Source: Dehalococcoidia bacterium (lineage in GTDB: Bacteria; Chloroflexota; Dehalococcoidia; Lucifugimonadales; UBA2985). Taken from it: 64,000 bases of DNA. The notes beneath the pieces are model-generated. The model saw nothing but the letters and a program-made list of their open reading frames with translations, did not search any database and was not told where the DNA came from. Below are positions 18,822 through 28,419 of the stretch, piece after piece. Every line of letters begins with the position of its first letter. Position 1 is the first letter of the stretch. The stretch covers positions 1,025,454 through 1,089,453 of the forward strand of contig OZ253588.1 in assembly GCA_965263185.1 (NCBI GenBank), in the 5' to 3' direction. The translations under genes were made by a program, and so were the position numbers.

Positions 18822-19345
18822 TTCCCGGCCTCCACCGTTTCGCCCTCCTTGGCCTTCTTCTCAGCGGCCTCCTTCTGGGCGGCCTCCTTCTGGGCCGTCC
18901 ATCCGGTCTCCTCCTGGTAGCTCCAGCCCATTTCCAACAGCGTCCCCAAGTCTGTGCGGTTGCCGTTGCGAGCGTACTTGCTGAGCTCGTGCTCGTGGCT
19001 CATCTCAATGGCGTCGAAGTTGCACACGTCCACGCAGATCCCGCACACGATGCAGCGTCCCAGGTTTATCTCGAAGCTGTCCACTATCTTCCGGCGGGAG
19101 CTCTTTCCTTCGGCGTGAAGGGGGTTGTCCTTCATCACGGCGGTCATGCACTGTGTGGGGCAGTAGCGCACACAGACCATGCAGCCGGTGCAGTACGGCT
19201 CCTCCACCTTCTGGTCCCACGTGAGGACTGGGAACCCCATGTACCGCTCCTCTATGGGCTTGTGCTCCTTGGGGTACTGGTATGTGACGGGTTTGCGAAT
19301 CAGGGTTGCCAATGTGACCATGAGTCCCTTGAGATTACCCAGCAT
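18818..19345 (-). CDS. nuoI: NADH-quinone oxidoreductase subunit I (2x[4Fe-4S])
   Basis: Two ferredoxin motifs, CTGCMVCVRYCP and CIVCGICVDVCN. The C-terminal Lys/Glu/Ala tail contains a 15-bp tandem repeat (QKEAAQKEAA). Confidence 0.9.
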   Translation of the reverse strand: MLGNLKGLMVTLATLIRKPVTYQYPKEHKPIEERYMGFPVLTWDQKVEEPYCTGCMVCVRYCPTQCMTAVMKDNPLHAEGKSSRRKIVDSFEINLGRCIVCGICVDVCNFDAIEMSHEHELSKYARNGNRTDLGTLLEMGWSYQEETGWTAQKEAAQKEAAEKKAKEGETVEAGN

Positions 19346-20453
19346 TGCGCGCCTCCGGAACGGGCTTGTATATCCGCACAGTGTACTCGGGAGTGGGGCC
19401 TGTCCGCATTATCTTGCTGAGCAACCATATCAGGGCTCCCAGAATGGCAAGCGACATGAGGGTGAGGCTCCAGGCGGGCCAGCCATAGAAGAGGTAGACC
19501 GCCGTGATTACCACGTTGACGAAGGAGAGGGGCACCAGGACCTTCCAGCCCAGGGACATGAGCTGGTCAATACGCAGGCGTGGGTAGGTGCCACGTATCC
19601 AGAATATGAGCAGGATTACCAGATACGTCTTGACCAGGAATACCACAAGGCCCAGGGCGGGGACGTCGCCGGGGACTCCGGGAAAGAGCCATCCTCCCAG
19701 GAACAGCAGGACGGTCAGAGCGGCTATGGCGAATGTGTTGATGTACTCTGCCAGGAAGAAGACAGACCAGTGCGCGCCGCTGTACTCCACAAACGGCCCT
19801 CCCACCACCTCGGACTCCGCCGGGTGTATGTCGAAGGGGGTGCGCCCCAGCTCCGCCAGTCCCGCAATGAAGAATAGTACCAGCCCCAGGGGCTGGATCA
19901 AGGCGTAGACCACGGTGTCCTGGCCGTACACCACCTTCTCCAGGTTCATGGACTGTGCCAGCATAGCCACACCAAGCACCGCCAGTATCAATGGTATCTC
20001 GTAGCTCACCAGCTGCGCCGCGGCGCGGAACCCTCCCAGCACGGCGTACTTGTTGGAGGAGGCCCAGCCCGCGGCCACAAGCCCCACTATGGAGAGGACG
20101 GAGAAGGCGATGATGTAGAAGAGGCCCATGTCCAGGTTCCTGATAACCACGTCCCTGGCAACCGGTATGGTTACCCATATCATAAAGGTGGGGATAAACA
20201 CCGCCAGGGGCGCCACCCAGTACACCACGCGGTCCACCCAGGAGGATAGCAGGTCCTCTTTAGCCATGAGCTTTATGGCATCGGCCACCGGTTGCAGCAG
20301 CCCAAACGGCCCTACGTGCATGGGGCCCATGCGCATCTGTATACGTCCCAGGAACTTCCTCTCGATCCAGGTCAGGGAGAGGACCACTACGGAAAGCGCC
20401 GTCAGCAGGCCCAGCATGGACGCAACCATAATGCCCACATCCAGCGCGCTCAT
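19335..20453 (-). CDS. nuoH: NADH-quinone oxidoreductase subunit H
   Basis: ND1-type: GPFGLLQPVADAIKL, LAELGRTPFDIHPAESEVV. Confidence 0.9.
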   Translation of the reverse strand: MSALDVGIMVASMLGLLTALSVVVLSLTWIERKFLGRIQMRMGPMHVGPFGLLQPVADAIKLMAKEDLLSSWVDRVVYWVAPLAVFIPTFMIWVTIPVARDVVIRNLDMGLFYIIAFSVLSIVGLVAAGWASSNKYAVLGGFRAAAQLVSYEIPLILAVLGVAMLAQSMNLEKVVYGQDTVVYALIQPLGLVLFFIAGLAELGRTPFDIHPAESEVVGGPFVEYSGAHWSVFFLAEYINTFAIAALTVLLFLGGWLFPGVPGDVPALGLVVFLVKTYLVILLIFWIRGTYPRLRIDQLMSLGWKVLVPLSFVNVVITAVYLFYGWPAWSLTLMSLAILGALIWLLSKIMRTGPTPEYTVRIYKPVPEARNAG

Positions 20454-21571
20454 CGGTCAACCTCGCCCAGCACTATGTCCAGGGACCCAAGGATGACCAC
20501 CGCGTCCGCTATGTAGGTATTTGTGAGAAGCTCCTTGATCGCCATCAGGTTGCAGAAGGACGGAGGGCGCACCTTCACCCTGTACGGCCTGTCGGCGCCG
20601 TTGCTCACAAGGTAGACCCCTATCTCGCCGCGGGGGTTCTCGCCTCGCACGTACACCTCTCCCTGAGGTGGACGAAGCACCAACCTTGTTGGAGTGATCG
20701 TCGGCCCGTCCGGCATCTGGTCCAGGGCCTGGTCTATGATGCTCAGCGACTGACGCATCTCCTCCACGCGGACGTAGTACCTGTCCCAGGAGTCGCCCTT
20801 CTCGCCAATCGGTATGCCGAAGTCAAATCTATCGTACACGGAGTAGGGGGCGTCCTTGCGCACGTCCATAGGCACTCCGGAGCCCCGGAGCGTAGGCCCG
20901 CTGACGCCGTAGCTTATTGCCCTCTCAGCGCTGATAACCCCAATCCCCTTGGTGCGCGCCAGGAATATCTCGCTGAAGCTCAGGAGCCGGTCGGCCTCGT
21001 TTATCCCCTGCCGGAGCTCTCGCAGCAGTTCCCTCATGCGCTGGGGGAAGTCCTCCGGCACGTCGCTCTTGACGCCGCCGATGCGTATGTAGTTGTGCAT
21101 CATACGGGCGCCGGTCACCGCCTCAAACATGGACTGTATCTTCTCCCTGTCCCGGAAGGTGTACATGATTGGGGTCATGGCTCCGGCGTCTATGCCGAAC
21201 GTCCCGAAGAACAGTAGATGGCTTGCCACGCGGTTCAACTCGCACAGGATGACCCGGACGTACTCCGCACGCTCCGGCACCTCAAGTCCCATGAGCTTTT
21301 CCACCGCCCTGCAGAAGGCCATCTCGTTGTTGAGATTGCTTATGTAGTCCATCCTGTCAAAGAGGGTGACTATCTGGGCGTATATCTCCCCTTCGCACAG
21401 CTTTTCGGAGCCTCTGTGGAGATAGCCTATGTGCGGCTCCACGTCAACAATGCGCTCCCCGTCCACCATGAGCACCATACGGAAGACGCCGTGTGTGCTG
21501 GGGTGTTGAGGCCCCATGTTCACCATCATCTGGACCGTGTCCAGTTGGTTCTCAGCGTTCACGTCTACCAC
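20450..21571 (-). CDS. nuoD: NADH-quinone oxidoreductase subunit D (49-kDa)
   Basis: NMGPQHPSTHGV, HRGSEKL, C-terminal LGEVDR. Confidence 0.95.
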   Translation of the reverse strand: MVDVNAENQLDTVQMMVNMGPQHPSTHGVFRMVLMVDGERIVDVEPHIGYLHRGSEKLCEGEIYAQIVTLFDRMDYISNLNNEMAFCRAVEKLMGLEVPERAEYVRVILCELNRVASHLLFFGTFGIDAGAMTPIMYTFRDREKIQSMFEAVTGARMMHNYIRIGGVKSDVPEDFPQRMRELLRELRQGINEADRLLSFSEIFLARTKGIGVISAERAISYGVSGPTLRGSGVPMDVRKDAPYSVYDRFDFGIPIGEKGDSWDRYYVRVEEMRQSLSIIDQALDQMPDGPTITPTRLVLRPPQGEVYVRGENPRGEIGVYLVSNGADRPYRVKVRPPSFCNLMAIKELLTNTYIADAVVILGSLDIVLGEVDR

Positions 21572-22080
21572 TCCGTATACTCCGGCATCTCGTAGTTCCT
21601 GCGGCCCGGATACCCCTCAAACCCGTCGTACAGAAGCAGCGGGGCCATGTTGGGATGGCCCTCAAAGGCTACGCCAAACAGGTCGTGGGCCTCCCTCTCG
21701 TACCAGTCGGCCCCCCGCCACACCGATATCACCGACGGCGTAGACGGCTCCTCCGGGGAGAGGTTGGTCTTGAGCGTCATCATGTGTTTCATGGTGGTGC
21801 TGTAGAGGTGATATACCACCTGTAGATGCTCCACGTAGTCCACTACGCATAGACACATAAGGTAGTCGAAGGCAAGCTGGGGGGCCTCCTTGACCGCCGC
21901 GCAGACGGCCGGGACGTCGTTGGAGCTTACGGTGACCGTAACCAGGTCCACCGCCGCCCCTATCTCCGGCTTGAACTCCGCCAGCGCCTCCGGGAGCAAC
22001 AGCTCTAGGGCGAGGCCCTTTTCGTCCAGAGCTACTGGAGCCTGGGGAATCGCCGGCTCCCGCCTATGCCTTTCTACCAC
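21565..22080 (-). CDS. nuoC: NADH-quinone oxidoreductase subunit C (30-kDa)
   Basis: [18 protein letters not shown] block. Separate from nuoD (not fused). Confidence 0.9.
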   Translation of the reverse strand: MVERHRREPAIPQAPVALDEKGLALELLLPEALAEFKPEIGAAVDLVTVTVSSNDVPAVCAAVKEAPQLAFDYLMCLCVVDYVEHLQVVYHLYSTTMKHMMTLKTNLSPEEPSTPSVISVWRGADWYEREAHDLFGVAFEGHPNMAPLLLYDGFEGYPGRRNYEMPEYTEW

Positions 22081-22606
22081 GCTGCTTGGCGTCCTGCATG
22101 ATTTTCTCTTGCAGCTTCAGGATGCCGTCGATCAGGGCCTCCGGCCTGGGCGGGCATCCCGGAACGTAAACGTCCACGGGTATTATGTGGTCAACGCCCA
22201 TCACCACCGAGTAGGAGCGGTAGTAGGGCCCGCCGTTGGTCGCGCAGCTTCCCATAGCTATCACCCACTTGGGCTCCGGCATCTGCTCGTAGAGGATTTT
22301 TATAGGCTCGGCCATCTTCTTCACCACGGTCCCGGCCACAATCATCACGTCCGACTGCCGGGGGGACGGCCAGGTGACTATGCCAAACCTGTCCAGGTCG
22401 TGGTGGGCCATGTAGGTGCTCATCATCTCTATGGCGCAACAGGCCAGCCCAAAGGTCATGGGCCACAGGGACGACTTTCGCGCCATTGCTATAAGCTGCT
22501 CCGACCGGGCGGTGACGACCCCCGGAGCGGCCCTGTTCAGTATACTACGCGGCTCCTGGTTCCCGTCGCCCGTGGTCACTTCCATTGTAGGACCCCCTTC
22601 TTCCAA
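22064..22606 (-). CDS. nuoB: NADH-quinone oxidoreductase subunit B (N2 cluster)
   Basis: [33 protein letters not shown]. Confidence 0.95.
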   Translation of the reverse strand: MEEGGPTMEVTTGDGNQEPRSILNRAAPGVVTARSEQLIAMARKSSLWPMTFGLACCAIEMMSTYMAHHDLDRFGIVTWPSPRQSDVMIVAGTVVKKMAEPIKILYEQMPEPKWVIAMGSCATNGGPYYRSYSVVMGVDHIIPVDVYVPGCPPRPEALIDGILKLQEKIMQDAKQRGRKA

Positions 22607-22968
22607 CTGTATATGATGCCAAAGAAGAGGATGCCTATGAACAGTAGCATCTCATAGAACACCGCGTCTATGCTGGTGAGGAAGACAAGGGCCCACGGGA
22701 AGAGAAACACGGCCTCAACGTCAAATATGAGGAACAGGATGGCGAAGATGTAGTACCTCATGTGCAACTGCGACCAAGAGTAGGGGGCGGGAGGGATGCC
22801 ACACTCGTACGACATGTCCTTGATGGCCGTTCGCTTCTTGGGGGAAAGCACGAAGGAGGCGGCGAACATGATCGCCATACCCACAAACCCCACAATGCCT
22901 GCTATCACCACCGCGGTGTAGTTGAGAGTCAACCCTTCAGGCGCCATCTGCAACCCCCAAGGCAACAA
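22576..22968 (-). CDS. nuoA: NADH-quinone oxidoreductase subunit A
   Basis: ND3-type: [18 protein letters not shown]. Alternative start at M8 (22947). Confidence 0.9.
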   Translation of the reverse strand: MLPWGLQMAPEGLTLNYTAVVIAGIVGFVGMAIMFAASFVLSPKKRTAIKDMSYECGIPPAPYSWSQLHMRYYIFAILFLIFDVEAVFLFPWALVFLTSIDAVFYEMLLFIGILFFGIIYSWKKGVLQWK

Positions 22969-23105
22969 CCCATTGTGGAGCCGTCACCAATAGAATCGAC
23001 AACCGCACTCAGAATATACTACCCATCGGTGGCGGTGTCAATGAAGCTGCGTTGCCGATAGTCTCTACGGGCTCTGGTTATGCCAATGGCGGTTGGCGTA
23101 CCACT

Positions 23106-23146
23106 CCCCTCCCGCTCGTGGCGAGCATGTCGAACCATATGAGCGG
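23106..23146. repeat. REP-like unit, inverted copy of 2372-2413
   Basis: cccctcccgctcgtggcgagcatgtcgaaccatatgagcgg matches the reverse complement of 2372-2413, with 2 substitutions and 1 indel. Confidence 0.75.
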
Positions 23147-23183
23147 TAAGGGGGATTGGCTATGCTACAATGAGCGATAACTC

Positions 23184-23396
23184 TTGAGCAGGATGAAGAA
23201 TATGCAGGAACAACCAAGCCGCCAGACCTATCTTGAACGCGCCATTGCCGACGGCCGTGCCGCCGCGGTCCAGGAAGCTGTAGAGGCAGCTAAATACGGC
23301 TGCCCGGTCTCTAAGGTGCTTAAGGGCAATGCTACCCTGAGCGTCAGTCACCCTGGCGTAGGACCCTTCCCGGAGCCCGGCAAGTGTGTGTCATGA
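23184..23396 (+). pseudogene. C-terminal remnant of an OsmC/Ohr-family peroxiredoxin
   Basis: AVEAAKYGCPVSKVLKGNATLSV matches the C-terminal resolving-Cys block of OsmC-like proteins (A...CPVS.aL.g...i). The N-terminal two-thirds of such a protein are missing. Confidence 0.5.
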
Positions 23397-23629
23397 CAGA
23401 GACGCTGAACGCTGACTGTCAGGAATACGGCGTTCCTAACTGCCTTGAATTACAGATCGTGGGTCAGGCATTATTTTCCTGCTTCCAGCAGCGCGTTCTT
23501 CAGATATTAAACTATCCCGTTTAGGAGAATAGTATCCTAAGCCACGTTGGTGAAGGCGAGGGTATTGCTGACTACAAAAGGACATTCGCTCAGACGGTCT
23601 TTACGGATGGTTTGGTAATGGTTCCAGTG

Positions 23630-23664
23630 AAAAGGCCCCAGGCACAGCATGCCTGGGGCCTTTT
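23630..23664. terminator. bidirectional Rho-independent terminator
   Basis: aaaa-GGCCCCAGGCA-cagca-TGCCTGGGGCC-tttt: a perfect 11-bp GC-rich stem flanked by A4/T4, 40 nt beyond the stop of the DGQHR gene. Confidence 0.8.
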
Positions 23665-23704
23665 GTTACGAACCGAGGCAGAGCCACAGCTTCTTAGTGG
23701 CCCT

Positions 23705-24889
23705 TTATCTGCCTATCGCCTTGAGTATCGTCTCATCGCTCTGGGTCAGTTCCAACCCGGCTAGCTTCTTGAGGTAGGCCCTTAGCTGTATCCTAACCCC
23801 ACTTCTGGGAAGAACCTGATTACCAGAAGTGATAATGCCCTGCCACATAGGAGCATCCCGCCGCCAGTCGTAGGTCTCAGGATGGGTTAAGGCCTTTTTG
23901 ACAACCTGTTGCCAGCCATGTCTCTCTTTCTCCATAGCGGTGGCTATGAATTCTCCGATGCCCGAAACAACTCCAGAGTTCCAGTGCAAATAGCGGCTTC
24001 GTACAGGTGGCACTGACAGCGTGCCGTCAGCTGCCTGCTTCCATTCAGGGAAACATTCTGCCAGGGTGTCCCAGACCTGTAGCAAAAGCTGAACATACTC
24101 GTCCCTTAGACTAGGAGTATCAGTCCGGGAGGTTAGGTTTTCTTGGACCAATCCCGCTGAGTGGGCAGCTGAAATAATGGGGCTACTGGCTTGGTACACT
24201 GCTGCCAAAGTCAGTATGGCTTGCGAACCTGCCGGTACGGCTGAGTTCTCTAGGTCCACGCGGTCCCTTAGCAACTGGGAGCATTCTACGAGGGCTTGGA
24301 CAACCTTGTTTATGGCGTCTCTGTGATTGAAGAGTATGTCTAAGCTTTTCGTGGTCTTTTTGGCAGTTCTGTTGAGATCTGAAAATAGTTGTTGACCATG
24401 ACTAACGCTGGTGTATGGGAATAGTACTATCGTAATGCGTTCGTCAGCCAATTCAGGCGTTTCTTCGACCACCTTTCTTATCGCACCAAAGCGATGTTGA
24501 CCATCTACTATGATTAGGGGGTCTCTCTGATCTAGGGTTAACATCCCAATAAAAGATCCTTCTCCCTCTGGGCTGGCTGGCAACCACTCTATTGGTTTAT
24601 CGATACCATCTCTTCCATAAGTGCAGGTCAATGCGCCAAATCTATAGTCATCCGGGTTATTGCGAATGTACTGAGCGATCTCGGCAAAGCGGCCAGAAGA
24701 GGGAATCCTGTTTTCTCTCTCTTTCGGGGGTAGGTTTCTATCTGTGACCGTCAGATACCTAACCGCCACTGAAAAAGGCAAAGTGATAACGTAGTAGGTG
24801 GTTCCGCCCATTACTCCTTTTAGAGCAGGAGCGGTCATCTTCATTCCAGGGTCTGTCATTTGGCCAAGGGCTTCTTGTAGGGTTGTCAT
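23705..24889 (-). CDS. DGQHR-domain protein (DndB-like, ParB-fold)
   Basis: IIVDGQHRFGAI (the DGQHR signature) followed by QQLFSDLNRTAKKTT (the Q.F.DLN block of DndB-type proteins). 394 aa. AT-richer islet. Confidence 0.8.
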   Translation of the reverse strand: MTTLQEALGQMTDPGMKMTAPALKGVMGGTTYYVITLPFSVAVRYLTVTDRNLPPKERENRIPSSGRFAEIAQYIRNNPDDYRFGALTCTYGRDGIDKPIEWLPASPEGEGSFIGMLTLDQRDPLIIVDGQHRFGAIRKVVEETPELADERITIVLFPYTSVSHGQQLFSDLNRTAKKTTKSLDILFNHRDAINKVVQALVECSQLLRDRVDLENSAVPAGSQAILTLAAVYQASSPIISAAHSAGLVQENLTSRTDTPSLRDEYVQLLLQVWDTLAECFPEWKQAADGTLSVPPVRSRYLHWNSGVVSGIGEFIATAMEKERHGWQQVVKKALTHPETYDWRRDAPMWQGIITSGNQVLPRSGVRIQLRAYLKKLAGLELTQSDETILKAIGR

Positions 24890-24969
24890 TTTGTTCCTCC
24901 TAGTTTTCTATAATCTGAAACGTAAAGCGCACATCGCGCGGTTCAATCTCTCTTATATGAATTTATAAA

Positions 24970-25239
24970 TCATGCCACCTCCTTCAGCCGAGCGGCCACT
25001 ACCTGCAAGGCTCTCTGTAAATTCAAGGTTGAAATCTTAGCAGCAAGTCCACTTAGTGCCTCGGTCAACGTAGGTTCATGCGATTGCTGTTCTATAAGCA
25101 GCGGTTGTAGATTCCCGGCACCTATAGTGGTGTATGTGCCCTTGGGTCTGCTCGTCACTTGAATAATGGGTCTCCATCCACCAAGATCTGGATCACCAAC
25201 TCGGTCAATATAACTCACGTTGTAAGCACTGTCGCTCAT
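24970..25239 (-). CDS. hypothetical 89-aa protein upstream of the DGQHR gene
   Basis: ATG at 25239 is preceded by AGGAG 5 nt upstream. The ORF-track start at 25290 would overlap the promoter palindrome. No family recognised. Confidence 0.5.
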   Translation of the reverse strand: MSDSAYNVSYIDRVGDPDLGGWRPIIQVTSRPKGTYTTIGAGNLQPLLIEQQSHEPTLTEALSGLAAKISTLNLQRALQVVAARLKEVA

Positions 25240-25269
25240 GTACTCCTGCCTTCCTATATTAACTTTTGT

Positions 25270-25313
25270 GTATCGATACTCTATATACAACGTGAAGTAT
25301 ATACTATCGATAC
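25270..25313. promoter_or_regulatory. large palindromic candidate operator
   Basis: GTATCGATACTCTATATAC-aacgtgaa-GTATATACTATCGATAC. The arms are reverse complements apart from one indel and one mismatch. Each contains TATCGATA and a TATA(T/A)AC -10-like hexamer. It lies 31-74 nt upstream of the 89-aa ORF. Confidence 0.5.
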
Positions 25314-25569
25314 AACCATGTCAATAGGTTACGGAGATGATCTGCGGAACTTGGCAAACCGATAGAAGGCAGAAAATACCTATCCTTGGTTGCCAGAGCC
25401 GAAGTGCTGTACCAATGCAGTTTGCCTTTCCTCGAGATGCATCGCTATTGGCTGGACATTGGTATTCCTGACGTGTAGGGTCTAAAGTGCCAAGGGGTTG
25501 GTAATCCCCTCTAATGAGGTAATGTGTAACGCTGGAGTCCCTCAACCATTATCACAATAGGAGAATCCC

Positions 25570-26283
25570 GTGAGCCTTTCAGATGTGAAAGCCCTTACCT
25601 TTGACGTGTTCGGCACGGTGGTTGACTGGCGCAGTAGCCTCATACGTGAGGGCGAGCAGCTTGGGCGTTCCAAGGGCATCGATGTGGACTGGTCGGATTT
25701 CGCCGACAGGTGGCGAGGCGGCTACGGCCCGGCAATGGCTCGCGTGAGAAGCGGGGAACTGCCCTGGACGAACATAGACGCGCTGCATCGCAAGATCCTG
25801 GATGGACTGCTGGAAGAGTTCGGTGTTGCTGGTCTGAGCGAGGAGGAGAAGGACCACTGGAACCGGGTGTGGCACAGGCTAGCGCCCTGGCCGGACTCCG
25901 TGGCCGGGCTGGCGCGGTTGCGCAAGCGCTTCATTGTAGCCACGCTTTCCAACGGTAACGTGGCCCTGCTAACCAACATGGCGAAGCGCTCCGGCCTGCC
26001 GTGGGATTGCATCCTCTCGGCTGAGCTTATGCGGCGCTACAAGCCCGACCCAGAGGCCTATCTGGGCGCCGTGGACCTGCTCGGCCTTCGTCCGGACGAA
26101 GTGATGATGGTAGCGGCCCACAAGGGCGACTTGCGGTCGGCGCAGGCGGTGGGCCTCAAGGCTGCCTTTGTCGCCAGGCCCCATGAGTTCGGCCCGGACC
26201 ACGCCGTGGACACCGCGCCTGAAGCGGATTTCGACGTCAACGCCACGGACATCGAGGACCTGGCGAGCAAGTTGGGCTGCTAG
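25570..26283 (+). CDS. HAD-superfamily hydrolase, haloacid dehalogenase type II-like
   Basis: Motif I FDVFGTVVDW, S/T motif ATLSNGN, motif K (YKPDP), motif IV (VAAHKGDL). GTG start. Confidence 0.75.
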   Translation: MSLSDVKALTFDVFGTVVDWRSSLIREGEQLGRSKGIDVDWSDFADRWRGGYGPAMARVRSGELPWTNIDALHRKILDGLLEEFGVAGLSEEEKDHWNRVWHRLAPWPDSVAGLARLRKRFIVATLSNGNVALLTNMAKRSGLPWDCILSAELMRRYKPDPEAYLGAVDLLGLRPDEVMMVAAHKGDLRSAQAVGLKAAFVARPHEFGPDHAVDTAPEADFDVNATDIEDLASKLGC

Positions 26284-26398
26284 CCAAGTTGCATAATGGT
26301 GGGGCTTGCCTATTTCCAAACTCTTGCCAAGAAATTGACAACAATTGGCGCTCGTGATAGCGTTTACCCACTACCCCTATTGCCTCGGCGGTAGGATC

Positions 26399-26432
26399 GA
26401 GACCACCCATTGAGGTGGTCTCTGTCTTTGTA
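26399..26432 (+). terminator. candidate Rho-independent terminator
   Basis: GAGACCACC-cattg-AGGTGGTCTC followed by tgtctttgt. Confidence 0.5.
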
Positions 26433-26468
26433 AGGGATTAGCGCTTGATCACCAACCCCCCCGCGCTG

Positions 26469-27272
26469 CTAGCTCCGCGTGGCGCGGCCCTTAAGCGCCA
26501 TCAAGGCAAGACCAATGCTGAGTACGCCAATCAGAAGCACGGCGCCAACGCCCCTGAACAGCACTTCCGGCTCCCAACCAACGGTGATCAGCGATCGCAG
26601 CGCCGCCAGCAGGTACGTGACCGGGTTGTAGTCAGCCACCGTTGCCAACCACTCCGTCATCGCTTCCTGGGGCAGGAAAAGAGTTGTCATAAACAGGAAG
26701 GGGAAGAACAGCAGGAAGGTCAGGTTGACCGCCGCGGCGCTCCCGGTCTTCAGGGCGATTGCGTAGGGGAAGCCGGCGAATATGAGGCCCCACAGACCGC
26801 CCAGGAACATGAATACCGCAATGCCAAGGACGCCGGACTCGAATCGGATGCCCACCAGGTAACCCATGATAATGACGGGAATCGTCAGAGCGACCACCAG
26901 CAGGAAGTCGGCCAGCATCAGGCCAAGGAGCAACGCCAGGCGGTTTACCGGCGAGATGACCAGCCGGTCGAAGTAGCCGCTCTGAATGTCTGTTACGACG
27001 GTTATCGCTCGGGATACACCCGTGACGGCAAACAGGATTGCTACGGGTAGCTGGAACGCCTTGTAGTCCAGGCCAGGGATCTGTTCGGCGAAGTCAGCAA
27101 GGGCCCCGATGTTCAGGAAGAAAAATAAGACCGGCACTATCAGTGCGGGAATGGTGACCTCCGGATCTCTGGCTACTGAGCGGGTAGCGCGCTCGGCTAC
27201 GGCGAGGATGTCCCGCAGGAAACCCGCTCTACGAGCTCTGACTGAAGCGGCAGTGGATGCTTGGAATGCCAA
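26469..27272 (-). CDS. ABC-2 type exporter permease
   Basis: 267 aa with 6 TM helices in the ABC-2 layout, downstream of a DrrA-like ATPase. Confidence 0.8.
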   Translation of the reverse strand: MAFQASTAASVRARRAGFLRDILAVAERATRSVARDPEVTIPALIVPVLFFFLNIGALADFAEQIPGLDYKAFQLPVAILFAVTGVSRAITVVTDIQSGYFDRLVISPVNRLALLLGLMLADFLLVVALTIPVIIMGYLVGIRFESGVLGIAVFMFLGGLWGLIFAGFPYAIALKTGSAAAVNLTFLLFFPFLFMTTLFLPQEAMTEWLATVADYNPVTYLLAALRSLITVGWEPEVLFRGVGAVLLIGVLSIGLALMALKGRATRS

Positions 27273-27374
27273 CTCGAACTCCTTATTGATTCAGGCTAAG
27301 CCGGTTTTGTGTGTGGTCGCGATGAATCTGTGTGGTATGCCGTTGCAAAAGAGTAGTTTGCGCTCAACGGAGGC

Positions 27375-28376
27375 TCAATCCGAAGGTTGGTCCTCTTCGG
27401 GTTGCTGGCGGTCGCCTGTATCGTCCTGCAACCGCCCTCCGGTCACATGGAGAAACACGTCGTCCAGGGTGGGAGTGCGCAGGGTCAGCTCCTGGATGGC
27501 GACCCCTCGATGGTCCAGGGCCAACGCAACGGCGCTTATCAGCGCCGCGCCGTTGCCGACGCTTACCGTCAGCTCGTTGCCATGCACCTCCACGCTGTTC
27601 ACCCGGCCTGTGCTCTTGAGCGCATCCACGGCTGCGTCTACGTCGCCGTCTACCTTGGCGATGATGAGGTCTGAGCCGCGGGCCCGCTTCAGCTCCTGGG
27701 GGGTACCCTGGACTGCCAGCCTCCCCCGGCTGATGATGCCGATTCGGTGGGCCAGGGCGTCCGCCTCCTCCAGGTACTGGGTGGTCAGGAAGATGGTGAC
27801 GCCCAGCTTGTCGTTGATGTCTCGCACCTCCTGCCAGACGCGGGAGCGGCTGACCGGGTCCAGGCCGGTGGTCGGCTCGTCCAGGAATAGGACCTCCGGG
27901 TTGTGTATCAGGGCTGCGGCCAGGTCAAGGCGGCGTTTCATACCGCCCGAATACGTGCCTATCAGCCGGTCCATAGCTTCGCCGATGTCCACCAGGTCCG
28001 AGAGGTCGGCGATGCGGCCGTTTATCTGCCTCCGCGACAAGCCGTAAAGCTGGCCCTGAAGCCGCAGCAGCTCTCGCCCCGTCTGCTTGTTGTCCAGGGC
28101 GGCGTCCTGGAGGGCCGCGCCTATCCGCAGTCGCACCTGGACTGGCTGGCGCACGGCGTCGTACCCGGCCACGGTTATGCTGCCGGACGTGGGCGCCAGA
28201 AGCGTGACCAGAATCCGTATGACGGTTGTCTTACCCGCGCCGTTGGGGCCAAGGAACCCGAAAATCTCCCCTTTGCGGACGTTCATGTCCACGCCGTCCA
28301 CGGCCTTCACGACGCCAAAGTGGCGCACAAGCCCTTTCACGGCAATGGCGTGTGTGTTTTCAGACGTGTTGGTCAT
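27375..28376 (-). CDS. ABC exporter ATP-binding protein (DrrA-like)
   Basis: GPNGAGKTT, YSGGMKRRLDLAAAL, LFLDEPTTGLD, TTQYLEEA. Confidence 0.9.
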   Translation of the reverse strand: MTNTSENTHAIAVKGLVRHFGVVKAVDGVDMNVRKGEIFGFLGPNGAGKTTVIRILVTLLAPTSGSITVAGYDAVRQPVQVRLRIGAALQDAALDNKQTGRELLRLQGQLYGLSRRQINGRIADLSDLVDIGEAMDRLIGTYSGGMKRRLDLAAALIHNPEVLFLDEPTTGLDPVSRSRVWQEVRDINDKLGVTIFLTTQYLEEADALAHRIGIISRGRLAVQGTPQELKRARGSDLIIAKVDGDVDAAVDALKSTGRVNSVEVHGNELTVSVGNGAALISAVALALDHRGVAIQELTLRTPTLDDVFLHVTGGRLQDDTGDRQQPEEDQPSD

Positions 28377-28419
28377 TCAGATGCAAGGTTGGAGCGCGCG
28401 TTGGGATTCCGGTCTGCCG

